From assembly GCA_002011125.2 (NCBI GenBank), contig MTMF02000009.1:968989-1032988 (forward strand): 64,000 nt of DNA, in the 5' to 3' direction. This document shows, piece by piece, positions 9,620 to 19,254 of the stretch. Numbering within the stretch: position 1 is the first letter of the stretch; each line of letters begins with the position of its first letter. Made by a program: the position numbers and the translations under genes. The notes beneath the pieces were generated by a model. That model was given only the letters and a program-made list of their open reading frames with translations, ran no database searches and was not told the origin of the DNA. Origin of the DNA: Candidatus Hydrothermarchaeum profundi (GTDB lineage: Archaea > Hydrothermarchaeota > Hydrothermarchaeia > Hydrothermarchaeales > Hydrothermarchaeaceae).

Positions 9620-10798
9620 TCACAAAAATTTTTTGGAAAACCGTTCTATCCTTTTCAGAGCGATACTTATATCCTCAAAAGAGGCGGCGTATGCGCATCT
9701 TATAAAACCTCTGCCGGCATCTCCAAAAACATCACCGGGTACAACAGCGACTTTCTCCTCTTTAAGAAGTTTCTCAGAAAATTCCACGGAGCTAAGCCCT
9801 GTTTTTTTAATGGACGGGAAGGCATAAAAGGCGCCTTTTGGTTCAAAGCATTCTAGGCCGATCTCATTTAACCTTTTAACTATTAACTTTCTACGCCTAT
9901 TGTATTCTCTAACCATCTCTATATAAGATCTCCTTCCTCTCCGCAAGGCCTCTATTGCAGCCATCTGGGACATTATAGGTGCGCATAATGCCGCATATTG
10001 GTGGATTTTCATCATGGCTTCTATTATTTTCTCGTTTCCACATGCATAACCAAGCCTCCACCCCGTCATTGCATACGCCTTAGAAAACCCGTTTAAATAA
10101 ATTACTTTATCTTTCATTCCATTTAGTGATGCAATAGAATAATGTTTCCCTGAGTAGGTGAGTTTATCGTAAACTTCATCAGAAATAACCAATAGATCAT
10201 GTTCATTGACGACATCTGCTATACCCTCTATCTCGCTTTTATCTAATATCGCGCCAGTAGGATTATTAGGATAGCTTAGTACAATAGCCTTAGTTTTAGG
10301 CGTAATTTTTTCTTCTATCTCCTCAGGTAGAACTTTGAAATCGTTTTCAACTTTTGTTGGAATAACCACAGGTCTACCGCCTGCGAATATTACACATGGT
10401 TTATATGCAACATAGCATGGCTCAGGTATAATTACTTCATCTCCTGGGTTGATAGTAGCTCTTATAGCGAGGTCAAAGGCTTCGCTGACTCCAACAGTAA
10501 CTAAAATGCTCGTTAAAGGGTCATAATTTATTCCGTAGTCGTTGTATATTGATCTAGATAGTTCTTCTCTCAGTTCAAGCATGCCGTAGTTAGAGGTATA
10601 CATAGTGTATCCTTTTTCTAAAGAATAAATGCATGCTTCTCTTATATGCCATGGCGTCACAAAATCCGGTTCTCCAACTCCGAGGGATATGATATCCTCC
10701 ATACCCATAACTAGCTCGAAGAACTTTCTTATACCAGACTTAGGGACACTTTTTACCCTATCTGAGATGATTGTCTCATCCATAAGATGCAACTGCAT
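9620..10798 (-). CDS. PLP-dependent aminotransferase class I/II (YugH/AlaT-like)
   Basis: SLGVGEPDF, YPNNPTG, ISDEVY, GFSKAYAMTGWRLGY. Confidence 0.92.
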   Translation of the reverse strand: MQLHLMDETIISDRVKSVPKSGIRKFFELVMGMEDIISLGVGEPDFVTPWHIREACIYSLEKGYTMYTSNYGMLELREELSRSIYNDYGINYDPLTSILVTVGVSEAFDLAIRATINPGDEVIIPEPCYVAYKPCVIFAGGRPVVIPTKVENDFKVLPEEIEEKITPKTKAIVLSYPNNPTGAILDKSEIEGIADVVNEHDLLVISDEVYDKLTYSGKHYSIASLNGMKDKVIYLNGFSKAYAMTGWRLGYACGNEKIIEAMMKIHQYAALCAPIMSQMAAIEALRRGRRSYIEMVREYNRRRKLIVKRLNEIGLECFEPKGAFYAFPSIKKTGLSSVEFSEKLLKEEKVAVVPGDVFGDAGRGFIRCAYAASFEDISIALKRIERFSKKFL

Positions 10799-10828
10799 TC
10801 TAATATTTATAAAAAGCTTTCTAGGATT

Positions 10829-11314
10829 TCAAGGACTAATTGCGAGTCTTTTGTGTTCTTCTCTATCAAAAAGTATGTCCCCATCCTCTTTATAGATGTT
10901 TAAAACAAAATGAGTAACGGTGCTTTGAACTCTCTCAAGAGGTGAAAGCTTTTCTTGTACAAAGGATGCTACTTCTTTCATATTTCTACCTTCTACAAGC
11001 ACTTCTAAATCGTATTCGCCTGAGACGAGGTACAGAGCTTTGACTTCAGGAAATCTCATAATCCTCTCTGCGACAGCGTCATAGCCTTTTTCTCTAACAG
11101 GACTGACTTTTACATCTATAAGGGCGTGAACAGACTCTCGGCCAGCTTTTTCCCAGTTTATCACAGTTTTGTATTTCCTGATAATTCCTTTCTTTTCATA
11201 TTCTTTGATTTGCTCTTTAACTTTTTTCTCCGAGATTCCTAGCATTGTTGCTAGCTCTTTGGCGGATATCCTAGCATTCTTTTCTAATATCTCAAGTAAT
11301 TCCATAATTTCCAC
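10829..11314 (-). CDS. Lrp/AsnC family transcriptional regulator (YugG/AlaR-like)
   Basis: N-terminal HTH (LEKNARIS...), YLVSGEYDL, STVTHFVL..YK. Directly upstream of the aminotransferase, as in yugGH-type pairs. Confidence 0.9.
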   Translation of the reverse strand: MEIMELLEILEKNARISAKELATMLGISEKKVKEQIKEYEKKGIIRKYKTVINWEKAGRESVHALIDVKVSPVREKGYDAVAERIMRFPEVKALYLVSGEYDLEVLVEGRNMKEVASFVQEKLSPLERVQSTVTHFVLNIYKEDGDILFDREEHKRLAISP

Positions 11315-11315
11315 C

Positions 11316-14099
11316 TCATTCTTTTGATACAGGTTTAGTTATTGTTAAAGTTTTAAGTATTACTAGTATTATTATTATTGAGGAGATCATCGTAACTGCT
11401 GCCTGCTTTTTCGTTAGTTTAAGTTCTTTAGGTACTTCTTCTGGTTTTTCTATAACTTTCTTATTTACATTTATTCTAAGCTCGTTAGAAACCTTTATAT
11501 ATTCGTTACCCACCCGGTCCTTCCATTTTACTGTGGCTGGATCTAATGGGTAACTACCCTCATATAACCCCTTAATTCTGTACTTATTTATTACTTCTTC
11601 CCCAGGTTTCAGCTTTGCTACCTTAATCTCGGTAGACCCCTCTATTAATACGAAATTTACTGGGGTAAAGTCGGACAAAATAACCTCGAATGCAGTTGCT
11701 TCGCCTATATTCTTGGATTTCAAGGTAACGTTTACTTCATCTCCCTCGTATATGCTGGTATTACTTACCTCTTTTGTTATAGTGAGAATTGCTCCTTTTA
11801 CTTTAAATATTAGGGTTCCTTTTAGCTCGTTCCCATTGAAGGTTACCTTGTATGGAATCTCATACAAACCTGATCTCAGTCCTCTTAGCAAAAAGTATAT
11901 CTCCTCTTCTTCTTTTACATTTAAGCTTCCGTTCCATTCTATTATACCCGTATATACTTTCCAAGTACTATTCGCATACCGCATTGTAGCTTCTTCTCTA
12001 CCTTGCCAAGCAGTATCATTGGACGCTAGTTCTACGTTCCTAGGAAGCTCTATCTTTAATGATATATTTTCCAAGAAAGCAAATCCCTTATTTTTCAAGC
12101 GTATTATCCCTTCTCCATATTCCTCTACCTCGGTTTCATTAGAATAGTTTAATGTTATTTGGAGGTCTTTTTTTTCTATAGCTACAAACAATATAGGTGG
12201 AAGCGGTGGCGATACTACTAATTTTGTACTCGAATTCGTTATAAATTTTCTACCGAATAAGTCAAAGTATTCTGCGGTCGTGTTAATTTCGAAAACCGAT
12301 TTTTTTTCAACTTTTGGAGTTCTAATCGTATACTCATATATCACATTCGTAGGAGACCAGTTCCTACTACTTCCATCGGGGTAATACTGTGCTTTAAGCA
12401 CATCTATATAATGGTAGGTCTGACCTTTAATAATTCTAAACGGGATGGCTACTCTAGCTGTGATGTCATGTACCGAATCGCTTCCATTAGAGCTTAGTGT
12501 TATGTTAAAGTCTACTTCACAGTCCGATAAGACCTTAAGTTCTGAAGGCTGGGTAATATTCAACCCAGGATATAACCCATAGAATATCCCTCGAGATGAA
12601 AAATTTACGCCCTCGATTTTTTCGGTGCAATAACATGCACATTTGCTGTCATATTCTTTCCCAAATTCTAATGATGCAGGAGCAACATCTATATATCCAA
12701 TATCGGTTCTAAGCGTCAGGTTTCCATGTCGTATGACCTCCGCCGTATAATTATACAAAAGTCTCTCTTCTCCTGGAGATATCTCCCCCACCCATGAGGT
12801 CTTACCATGGGCTTTTAAGCCTTTGAGAATTTCTTTTACTTCCACCCCCCGTGCTACAGTATTCCCTATGTTTTTAATTTTAACACTCACGTTGGCTGTT
12901 CGATTGATCCAGACTTCTTTGGGAGAGTCTATTATAGTGTCGTACTCCCTTTTTTTCCACCATTTGTCTTCATTTATTTTCCAAGTGGTTTCGCCGTTTA
13001 CAGTACTTTTAATAGGGCTAATACTCCATTTTATGCCATTTATTTCTTTTTCAATAACTAGGAGGGGGGAAAATCTAATTGTGCTGTTTTCAGAAAAGCT
13101 TTCGTAAGAGTTACCAAAGCGGTCTTGGTAAGCTACTTTGCTGATTCCAGAACACATGATTGGGGTTTCTGAAGTCACATAATAAGTAAAGATTTTTCTT
13201 TGTCCTTCTAGTATATTGCCTGACCATTTATTGATACCTTGGACAACTTTTATCTGAGGCGGAAGGACATCCTCCCATCGAGCATTGTATGCATCTAGGT
13301 TGCCCGTGTTGTTTATCGTGATTGTTACTCCCACTCTTCTTCCGGGTCCGTCTAGCGAAGAGTTAGTTGTTTTTCTTTCAACCTCCAGTACAGCTGATTT
13401 TATTTCGATAGGTATAGCGTAAAACTCCGAGTGGTCTTGAACTCTTCCAAGCTGGATATTCTCATCATAATAGTCAAGCTTAAGGAATAGATTGTAGATA
13501 AAAGGTTTTCCTACGTCGGGGGTCTTTAATTTGTATTCAACTTTTATTGTGCTACCGGGGCATAAGTCATAGGCTCTGGCGTTGGTGTCTAAGATCTGAA
13601 AATCTCCAAATTCCGGTGTAAGAACTATATTCTTAGCTTCAAGTTCCCCCGTATTGTTTAAAGTTACTTTGAGAGTGAATATTTCGTTTGGATATGTGTA
13701 ATTCCTTTCTGTTTCTGTTATGACATCGCTTGCAAGAGTTAAATTCGCTCGATGAGGCGTGTAAATAGTTAAATTTGCTACGTTGCCTCCTGTATTATGA
13801 AGTTCTAAGAGAATATCTTCTCTCTTAATAATGTTGTCCTCTCCAACTTGGAGGGAAGTTTTGAGGTACTCACTAGAATGCTTTAATACTGATACCCTCA
13901 CAATACCTGGGGCTATAATTTTAGTCACAGTGACTTCAAAATCCTCTACCTTTATTGGTGTATTAATAGTTAAATTTCCTGTAGTATTTCTAGGACTCCA
14001 GCCTGGGAACTTGCCTTCTATTACTTCTGGGCATTTCGCACTTACCGTAGAAAAGGATAAAAAAAGTACAATTAATATTAGAACCTTATTGCTTGACAT
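11316..14099 (-). CDS. large secreted, membrane-anchored surface protein with repeated DUF11/BatD-like Ig-type domains
   Basis: N-terminal signal peptide; repeated V-x-L/I-x-N-x-G-x3-A motifs; many N-x-S/T sequons; C-terminal hydrophobic helix followed by a basic tail. Confidence 0.75.
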   Translation of the reverse strand: MSSNKVLILIVLFLSFSTVSAKCPEVIEGKFPGWSPRNTTGNLTINTPIKVEDFEVTVTKIIAPGIVRVSVLKHSSEYLKTSLQVGEDNIIKREDILLELHNTGGNVANLTIYTPHRANLTLASDVITETERNYTYPNEIFTLKVTLNNTGELEAKNIVLTPEFGDFQILDTNARAYDLCPGSTIKVEYKLKTPDVGKPFIYNLFLKLDYYDENIQLGRVQDHSEFYAIPIEIKSAVLEVERKTTNSSLDGPGRRVGVTITINNTGNLDAYNARWEDVLPPQIKVVQGINKWSGNILEGQRKIFTYYVTSETPIMCSGISKVAYQDRFGNSYESFSENSTIRFSPLLVIEKEINGIKWSISPIKSTVNGETTWKINEDKWWKKREYDTIIDSPKEVWINRTANVSVKIKNIGNTVARGVEVKEILKGLKAHGKTSWVGEISPGEERLLYNYTAEVIRHGNLTLRTDIGYIDVAPASLEFGKEYDSKCACYCTEKIEGVNFSSRGIFYGLYPGLNITQPSELKVLSDCEVDFNITLSSNGSDSVHDITARVAIPFRIIKGQTYHYIDVLKAQYYPDGSSRNWSPTNVIYEYTIRTPKVEKKSVFEINTTAEYFDLFGRKFITNSSTKLVVSPPLPPILFVAIEKKDLQITLNYSNETEVEEYGEGIIRLKNKGFAFLENISLKIELPRNVELASNDTAWQGREEATMRYANSTWKVYTGIIEWNGSLNVKEEEEIYFLLRGLRSGLYEIPYKVTFNGNELKGTLIFKVKGAILTITKEVSNTSIYEGDEVNVTLKSKNIGEATAFEVILSDFTPVNFVLIEGSTEIKVAKLKPGEEVINKYRIKGLYEGSYPLDPATVKWKDRVGNEYIKVSNELRINVNKKVIEKPEEVPKELKLTKKQAAVTMISSIIIILVILKTLTITKPVSKE

Positions 14100-14165
14100 C
14101 TGACTTCCTTCCTCACTAGTATTAATATAAGTTTTAAATATAAGCGTTACCTTTAAACAGAATTG

Positions 14166-14333
14166 ATGGATTTAATTAAACTCCTCGAAATAGCTGAAGA
14201 TAGGGAGCTGAATATAAACTTAATAGTTGAGGGTAATAAAATTTTTGAGGTTAGAGCTAAAGATAGGAATATAGACATAGAGATAGTAGACCCAGAGGCT
14301 TTTAAAAATATACTTAAGGAGCTGAGACGGTGA
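14166..14333 (+). CDS. small hypothetical protein (55 aa; not in the ORF track)
   Basis: MDLIKLLEIAEDRELNINLIVEGNKIFEVRAKDRNIDIEIVDPEAFKNILKELRR*. Its TGA overlaps the GTG of the next ORF (GTGA); TATA-like TTTAAATA upstream. Confidence 0.7.
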   Translation: MDLIKLLEIAEDRELNINLIVEGNKIFEVRAKDRNIDIEIVDPEAFKNILKELRR

Positions 14334-14515
14334 AAGAACTAAGTGAACTCATGGGATTGGCTAATGAATTGAAAAAAAGGAATTATACAGTTAATATATT
14401 TAATAATAAAAAGCTGATTTTAAGGATGGGGAAAGAAGCAAAGCCGGGTTTACTCTCTGCATTTGGACCTATTGAAATAAAAGACCTGCGAGCGATTTTA
14501 AGCCTCTTAGGATAA
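14330..14515 (+). CDS. small hypothetical protein
   Basis: 61-aa ORF coupled to the upstream ORF and 2 nt from the downstream gene; LANELKKRNYTV...LRMGKEAKP. Confidence 0.7.
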   Translation: MKELSELMGLANELKKRNYTVNIFNNKKLILRMGKEAKPGLLSAFGPIEIKDLRAILSLLG

Positions 14516-14517
14516 AG

Positions 14518-15537
14518 ATGTTGGCAGTTCGAGTTAAAAAAATAGATGCTGAACTTGCGCGCAGGATTCTCTCATCCGGGAGATGGATTGATAAGGGAAG
14601 GCTTATACAAGTTAAAAGTGATTACGTCGAGATACCTATACGGAACGTAAACCTTCCAAAATTTGGATTTAACTACGAGATCATAAAGCAGACAGACCCG
14701 GTTTTTAATTCTAAGGAGAAGCTAAACTTTAGGACATTAAAAGAGAAGCTAGTAAGAGAATTTGGGAAAAAAGCAGAGAATATTCGAGGTGGATGGGAGG
14801 TAATAGGTGACATCTTAATTATAGATTTACCAAAGGAGCTTGAGGACGAGAAATATTTAGTAGGAGAAAAATTGAGAAACTTATTCCCAAGAATCAATAG
14901 TGTAGTAATAAGGCGGGGTATCGTTGGGGACTATAGGAAACCTATGATTGAACTAATATCTGGGACAAAAACTAACACTATACACAAAGAGAACTATTGT
15001 TATTTTAAAATCGATGTTTCTAGAGTGATGTTCTGCGCAGGTAATATGGATGAAAGGAGGAGGATGGCTTTTATATCCAACTCTGATGAAGTTGTAGTGG
15101 ATATGTTTGCAGGAATCGGCCAATTCACAGTACCGATGGCAAAACATTCAAAGCCTAAGAAAATATATGCTATTGAAAAAAATCCTTCAGCTTTTGAGTT
15201 CTTAAAAGAAAACATTAGATTAAATAAACTAAATAATGTCGCCCCTATATTAGGGGACTGTAGATTAGTGTGTCCTCAGAATATAGCGGATAGGGTTATA
15301 ATGGGATATTTTTTTGATCCTCATGAGTATTTACCCACTGCGGTAAAGGCCTTGAGGGAGGGAGGGATTATTCACTACCATTTCTTATCAACAAAGGATA
15401 AGATAACTGATAAGTGGCGGCAAACGAAGGTTCATATAAAAAGACTTGGATCAAAGGTTTCTCTAAATGATAAAAGAATAGTAAAATCTTATGCTCCTAA
15501 AATATGGCATGTGGTCTTCGATTTAGAGGTGAAATAG
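14518..15537 (+). CDS. taw2: Trm5/Tyw2-family SAM-dependent tRNA modification enzyme, most like Taw2 (wyosine aminocarboxypropyltransferase)
   Basis: VVDMFAGIGQF, YAIEKNP, ADRVIMGY, GGIIHYH, VKSYAPKIWHVVFD. Confidence 0.7.
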   Translation: MLAVRVKKIDAELARRILSSGRWIDKGRLIQVKSDYVEIPIRNVNLPKFGFNYEIIKQTDPVFNSKEKLNFRTLKEKLVREFGKKAENIRGGWEVIGDILIIDLPKELEDEKYLVGEKLRNLFPRINSVVIRRGIVGDYRKPMIELISGTKTNTIHKENYCYFKIDVSRVMFCAGNMDERRRMAFISNSDEVVVDMFAGIGQFTVPMAKHSKPKKIYAIEKNPSAFEFLKENIRLNKLNNVAPILGDCRLVCPQNIADRVIMGYFFDPHEYLPTAVKALREGGIIHYHFLSTKDKITDKWRQTKVHIKRLGSKVSLNDKRIVKSYAPKIWHVVFDLEVK

Positions 15538-15599
15538 ACAATTAATCTATTGCGAAAATTATTTATGTTTTTTCAATCATACATTCTAGAGGAAGGACT

Positions 15600-15848
15600 A
15601 TGGTTTTTTTTATCGATGTTATAATGTGGCTCGTACTAGCTAGCTATATTTTCCTTGTTTTTATTTCATGGTATAATTTCAGAAGAGCAAAGTTAAAGAT
15701 AGTTCTATTCTTTGCCCTAGGTTTTTCAACCTTATTAGTGGCAAGGATATTGTACTCCACAATGGGATACCAGGAAGCCGAGGTATATATTACTCTTCTT
15801 GAATTCTGTGCTGCAGTATATTTCGTAGCTGGTATGCTCTCCGTATAA
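15600..15848 (+). CDS. small membrane protein (3 TM)
   Basis: 82 aa, almost entirely hydrophobic helices; 11 nt upstream of the multiheme cytochrome. Confidence 0.7.
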   Translation: MVFFIDVIMWLVLASYIFLVFISWYNFRRAKLKIVLFFALGFSTLLVARILYSTMGYQEAEVYITLLEFCAAVYFVAGMLSV

Positions 15849-15859
15849 GAGGGTTTATA

Positions 15860-17251
15860 ATGAGGTATTATTGGTTATTGGGTTTATTTTTGATCATAGG
15901 GATAGTTCATGCTCAGGAAGTTAGAGAACATCCAACCTTAAAAGAACTTGTGATTTTTTCTGAAAAAAAGATTCCATGGGACGGACTTGACTGTGGAGAC
16001 TGCCATTTTAATGCAACAAAAATGTCCGACTATGGCAGACCAGAATTTTATATTGATGTTGAAAAATACAAGAAAACAGACCATGGCAATAAGTCTGTTG
16101 GTAATACAACGTGTTATGACTGTCATTTGCTGACGTTGCCTGTGTATACCGCTAAAGGAAATGAGTATTTGAATTGGGCAGGTTTTTGTCCACCTCCTAA
16201 GATTATAGGTGGATATGGGAGCAACGATACATATCATACAGTGCCTTCTGAGGGATGTGTCAATAAAGACAAAGGATGTCATTGGACGAAAGAGATATTC
16301 TTTAGTAGTGAGCATTTCCTGCAGGATGATAGAATTAAATCCGAAAAATACTGGAATTCCTCTCATGAAGACTATCGGCCGTGGTATTGCGAGGGCTGTC
16401 ATGCCACTTGTGGGAGCTGTCATTGGGATGGGCCAGAACCCAAAGAAGAAGAGGAGTTTAAATTTGATTTCTTAGAAAATGTAGAGGCTCACAAGATAAG
16501 GAGAAATATTTCTAGCGAGATATGTGCTATATGTCACCATGGATATTATAACTTTACAGAAAACTTTCCAAAGGTATCTGTGTATGGGTCTCCGCAGTAT
16601 GAGGAGTTAAGTGTTAGTGTCCACAGTAAGATGGAATGTAAAGATTGCCATAGAAATATACATGGAGGGACTTATGAGACAGGGGCATATGGAAAAAGGA
16701 GGGGGCCAATAAGCTGTGGGACATGTCATACAGACGTAATAAAATCTCTGGAAGCCGGACCTCACATAAATGTAGCATGTGTCTCATGCCATTCTACTTG
16801 GCTACCTATATGGCAGGATCCAGAGTCGCTTACTTTAGAACCTATGGCTCTGTCATTTGGGCGCGTAGATGAACCACGCTCTTGGCCAACTCACGAGATT
16901 AGGAAGAAAGAGAACGTGAGGGAATGCAGTTATTGTCATGGTAATTCCACAACACAACAGAAATATCTTGAAATGAAAGAAGAAGCTATTGAGAAAATGA
17001 ATAAATCCCTTAACGATGTGATCGGTGCGAGGGCAGTATTAGTTACCGCAGTAAAACTCAAATTTCAAGATGCTAGAGCTGCATGGGCACATGTGTCATC
17101 AGATAGAGATGACTTAACTAGAGAAACTCTTGCTCTAGCTAAAGAAGCCAAAAAAACTGCAGACCTGATAAATTTTGTTAGTTTTATCGCATACCTCGCT
17201 ATAGTGCTTGCTATAATTGGTTTAATACTTGTAATTTGGCCATATGATTAG
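15860..17251 (+). CDS. membrane-anchored multiheme c-type cytochrome (9 CxxCH + 1 CX6CH)
   Basis: Signal peptide; CGDCH, CYDCH, CEGCH, CGSCH, CAICH, CKDCH, CGTCH, CVSCH, CSYCH and CVNKDKGCH; helical stalk and C-terminal TM. Confidence 0.92.
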   Translation: MRYYWLLGLFLIIGIVHAQEVREHPTLKELVIFSEKKIPWDGLDCGDCHFNATKMSDYGRPEFYIDVEKYKKTDHGNKSVGNTTCYDCHLLTLPVYTAKGNEYLNWAGFCPPPKIIGGYGSNDTYHTVPSEGCVNKDKGCHWTKEIFFSSEHFLQDDRIKSEKYWNSSHEDYRPWYCEGCHATCGSCHWDGPEPKEEEEFKFDFLENVEAHKIRRNISSEICAICHHGYYNFTENFPKVSVYGSPQYEELSVSVHSKMECKDCHRNIHGGTYETGAYGKRRGPISCGTCHTDVIKSLEAGPHINVACVSCHSTWLPIWQDPESLTLEPMALSFGRVDEPRSWPTHEIRKKENVRECSYCHGNSTTQQKYLEMKEEAIEKMNKSLNDVIGARAVLVTAVKLKFQDARAAWAHVSSDRDDLTRETLALAKEAKKTADLINFVSFIAYLAIVLAIIGLILVIWPYD

Positions 17252-17252
17252 G

Positions 17253-18704
17253 CTACTTCCACTTGAAAGCCTCAGTGATCTTTTCTTCTACGCTTTTTCT
17301 AGGAGTTCCACTTAATACGCTTTCATACTTGGTGAATGGAAGTCTTATTTCTATTCCTCTATCCGATATAATGTATTCTCTTATTTCTTTATCATGGTCG
17401 CTATTTCTCATGCGAAGGACTGATATTGCCTTCTTTATTCCTGATTCGATTTCGACGTATCGCATGAGTATTGTGGTATCCATCATGAAGGGTGCTCTAG
17501 AGTCAAGCATAAGTGATCCCGCTATCTCGCGGGTTTCATTAGTCAAAATCGAGGTGATGCCTTTTGTTTTGAATAGTGTTATCAAAGAGTTTACATATCT
17601 TGAAAATGAGGGAGTATCTCCGAAAGCCATTTGTATTCCGTTTATAGAGTCTATTACTAATCTCTTAGCTCCTATTTCTTTGATTGTTTTTTCAATTTTG
17701 GTGTAAAGTTCATCCATGTTCACTTCAGGTGGAAGGGTGTATATAATCCTCAGTAGATTCTTCTCAGAAAAAGACTTGAGGTCCCATCCAAATCCTTCTG
17801 CGCGAGCATATATTTCATCAGGCCTTTCATCGAAGGTTATTATAATACCCGGCTCTTTATTTTTAGCTCCTTCTACTATAAAGTGAGTGCATAAGACCGA
17901 TTTTCCAACCCCCGGAGGTCCATGAACTACAGTTGAACTCCCTCTCAGTAGTCCTCCAAGAATCATATCATCTAGCCCTTTTATTCCTGTAGAACATCTT
18001 CCTTTTTCTATCGCTTCTGGTTTCTCTCTAGCCCTTATTCTTGGGAAGACTACGATACCCTCCTCAGTTATTTCGAATGAATGTTTACCTGACAGATATT
18101 TCTGGCCTCTCATCTTTTTCACGGTTAAGTACCTCTGAGTTTTAAGCATATCCGCTTCTTCAGATAGGTAAATAATGCCATCGACCATATAGGACACCAA
18201 ACTCTTAGGAAGGTCCTCTGGAGTGAATTCTCCTGTGACTAGTACCAGCGCGTTCCATCCCTTCATTTCAGTGAACAAGTTATAAAAGAACTCTCTTCTC
18301 TTTGCTTCATCGAATCTGTATCCGAGAGTTGTAACAGGGTCTATCACAACCCTGTTGGGCTTAACTGTCTCAATTTTCTCTCTTATAGAGTCTATTATCT
18401 CTTCAGGAGTATCCTTTAGAGAAAGTTTGCTGATATCTAAATAGTGGATCTTTCTTTCTTCATAAAGGTCTGGGTTATAGAAGGTGAACTGTGACATGAA
18501 GTTATTTATCATAGCGATAGGCTCTCCAACAGCCGGCATCAAAAGACAGACTTCATCCTTATATTTAGCTGCATTGAAAATGCTTTGGACTACAAAGGTA
18601 GTTTTTCCAGTACCGGCAATTCCACCCACCAATACTACGGAAGGCCTCGTAAATCCACCACCGAGAATTTCATCTAAACCGGCTATGCCGGTGGTGACTA
18701 ACAT
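17253..18704 (-). CDS. KaiC-like double RecA-domain ATPase
   Basis: Two modules: TGI.GLD..GG with Walker A GIAGTGKT and GPPGVGKS, RVVIDP / RLVIDS, KMRG / RMRNSDHDKEIREY. Confidence 0.9.
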   Translation of the reverse strand: MLVTTGIAGLDEILGGGFTRPSVVLVGGIAGTGKTTFVVQSIFNAAKYKDEVCLLMPAVGEPIAMINNFMSQFTFYNPDLYEERKIHYLDISKLSLKDTPEEIIDSIREKIETVKPNRVVIDPVTTLGYRFDEAKRREFFYNLFTEMKGWNALVLVTGEFTPEDLPKSLVSYMVDGIIYLSEEADMLKTQRYLTVKKMRGQKYLSGKHSFEITEEGIVVFPRIRAREKPEAIEKGRCSTGIKGLDDMILGGLLRGSSTVVHGPPGVGKSVLCTHFIVEGAKNKEPGIIITFDERPDEIYARAEGFGWDLKSFSEKNLLRIIYTLPPEVNMDELYTKIEKTIKEIGAKRLVIDSINGIQMAFGDTPSFSRYVNSLITLFKTKGITSILTNETREIAGSLMLDSRAPFMMDTTILMRYVEIESGIKKAISVLRMRNSDHDKEIREYIISDRGIEIRLPFTKYESVLSGTPRKSVEEKITEAFKWK

Positions 18705-19154
18705 TTAAATTACCTCCTTCACTACCTCGCTCCATTTAACATTCGCAAGTGTGAAGGTACATCTCCCATTCTCACCGTGCTTTTCCTTATAATAGTAGTG
18801 GATATCCCTTTTTTCTCCGTAAATACCTGAGGTTAAGCCATATAGAAACCCGCGCATGAAGTTACATCGTGATTGTCTTGTGGATAGTTCAAATGAGTTA
18901 CTCAGAGTTATGTTTATCAGCTCTTCCTTAAAGGAAATGTCAAAACCATCATAAAAACCTAAGGGGATTAAATTTTCAAGGGCCTTGTTAAGCTTTTTAT
19001 CTTGGGGTATCTCGTTTAATTGAGTAGAGTATTTATATCCCATTCTTTCGCCGAATTTGTATATTATCCCTTCTCCACCTCGGCCCGTCACGTCTACTAA
19101 ATCATTAAAAAGAGCGATTAAGTCCTCAATTTCAATCTTAAATTCTTTCATCAT
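18705..19154 (-). CDS. V4R-like small-ligand-binding domain protein
   Basis: YKFGERMG, ITLSNSFE, CNFMRGFLYG...CTF pattern; abuts the KaiC-like gene. Confidence 0.6.
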   Translation of the reverse strand: MMKEFKIEIEDLIALFNDLVDVTGRGGEGIIYKFGERMGYKYSTQLNEIPQDKKLNKALENLIPLGFYDGFDISFKEELINITLSNSFELSTRQSRCNFMRGFLYGLTSGIYGEKRDIHYYYKEKHGENGRCTFTLANVKWSEVVKEVI

Positions 19155-19254
19155 GGTTATATTCGTCTAAGTATATTTTATATTTTTCCTTACATTTTAA
19201 TAGTTCTTCAACTAAAATATGTAAATTACCAGAAAAAGGAAGTTTTGGTTAATT

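Noticed and set aside
17253-18704. Circadian clock KaiC
   Set aside because: No kaiA/kaiB nearby, and the CII Ser/Thr phospho-sites are absent.
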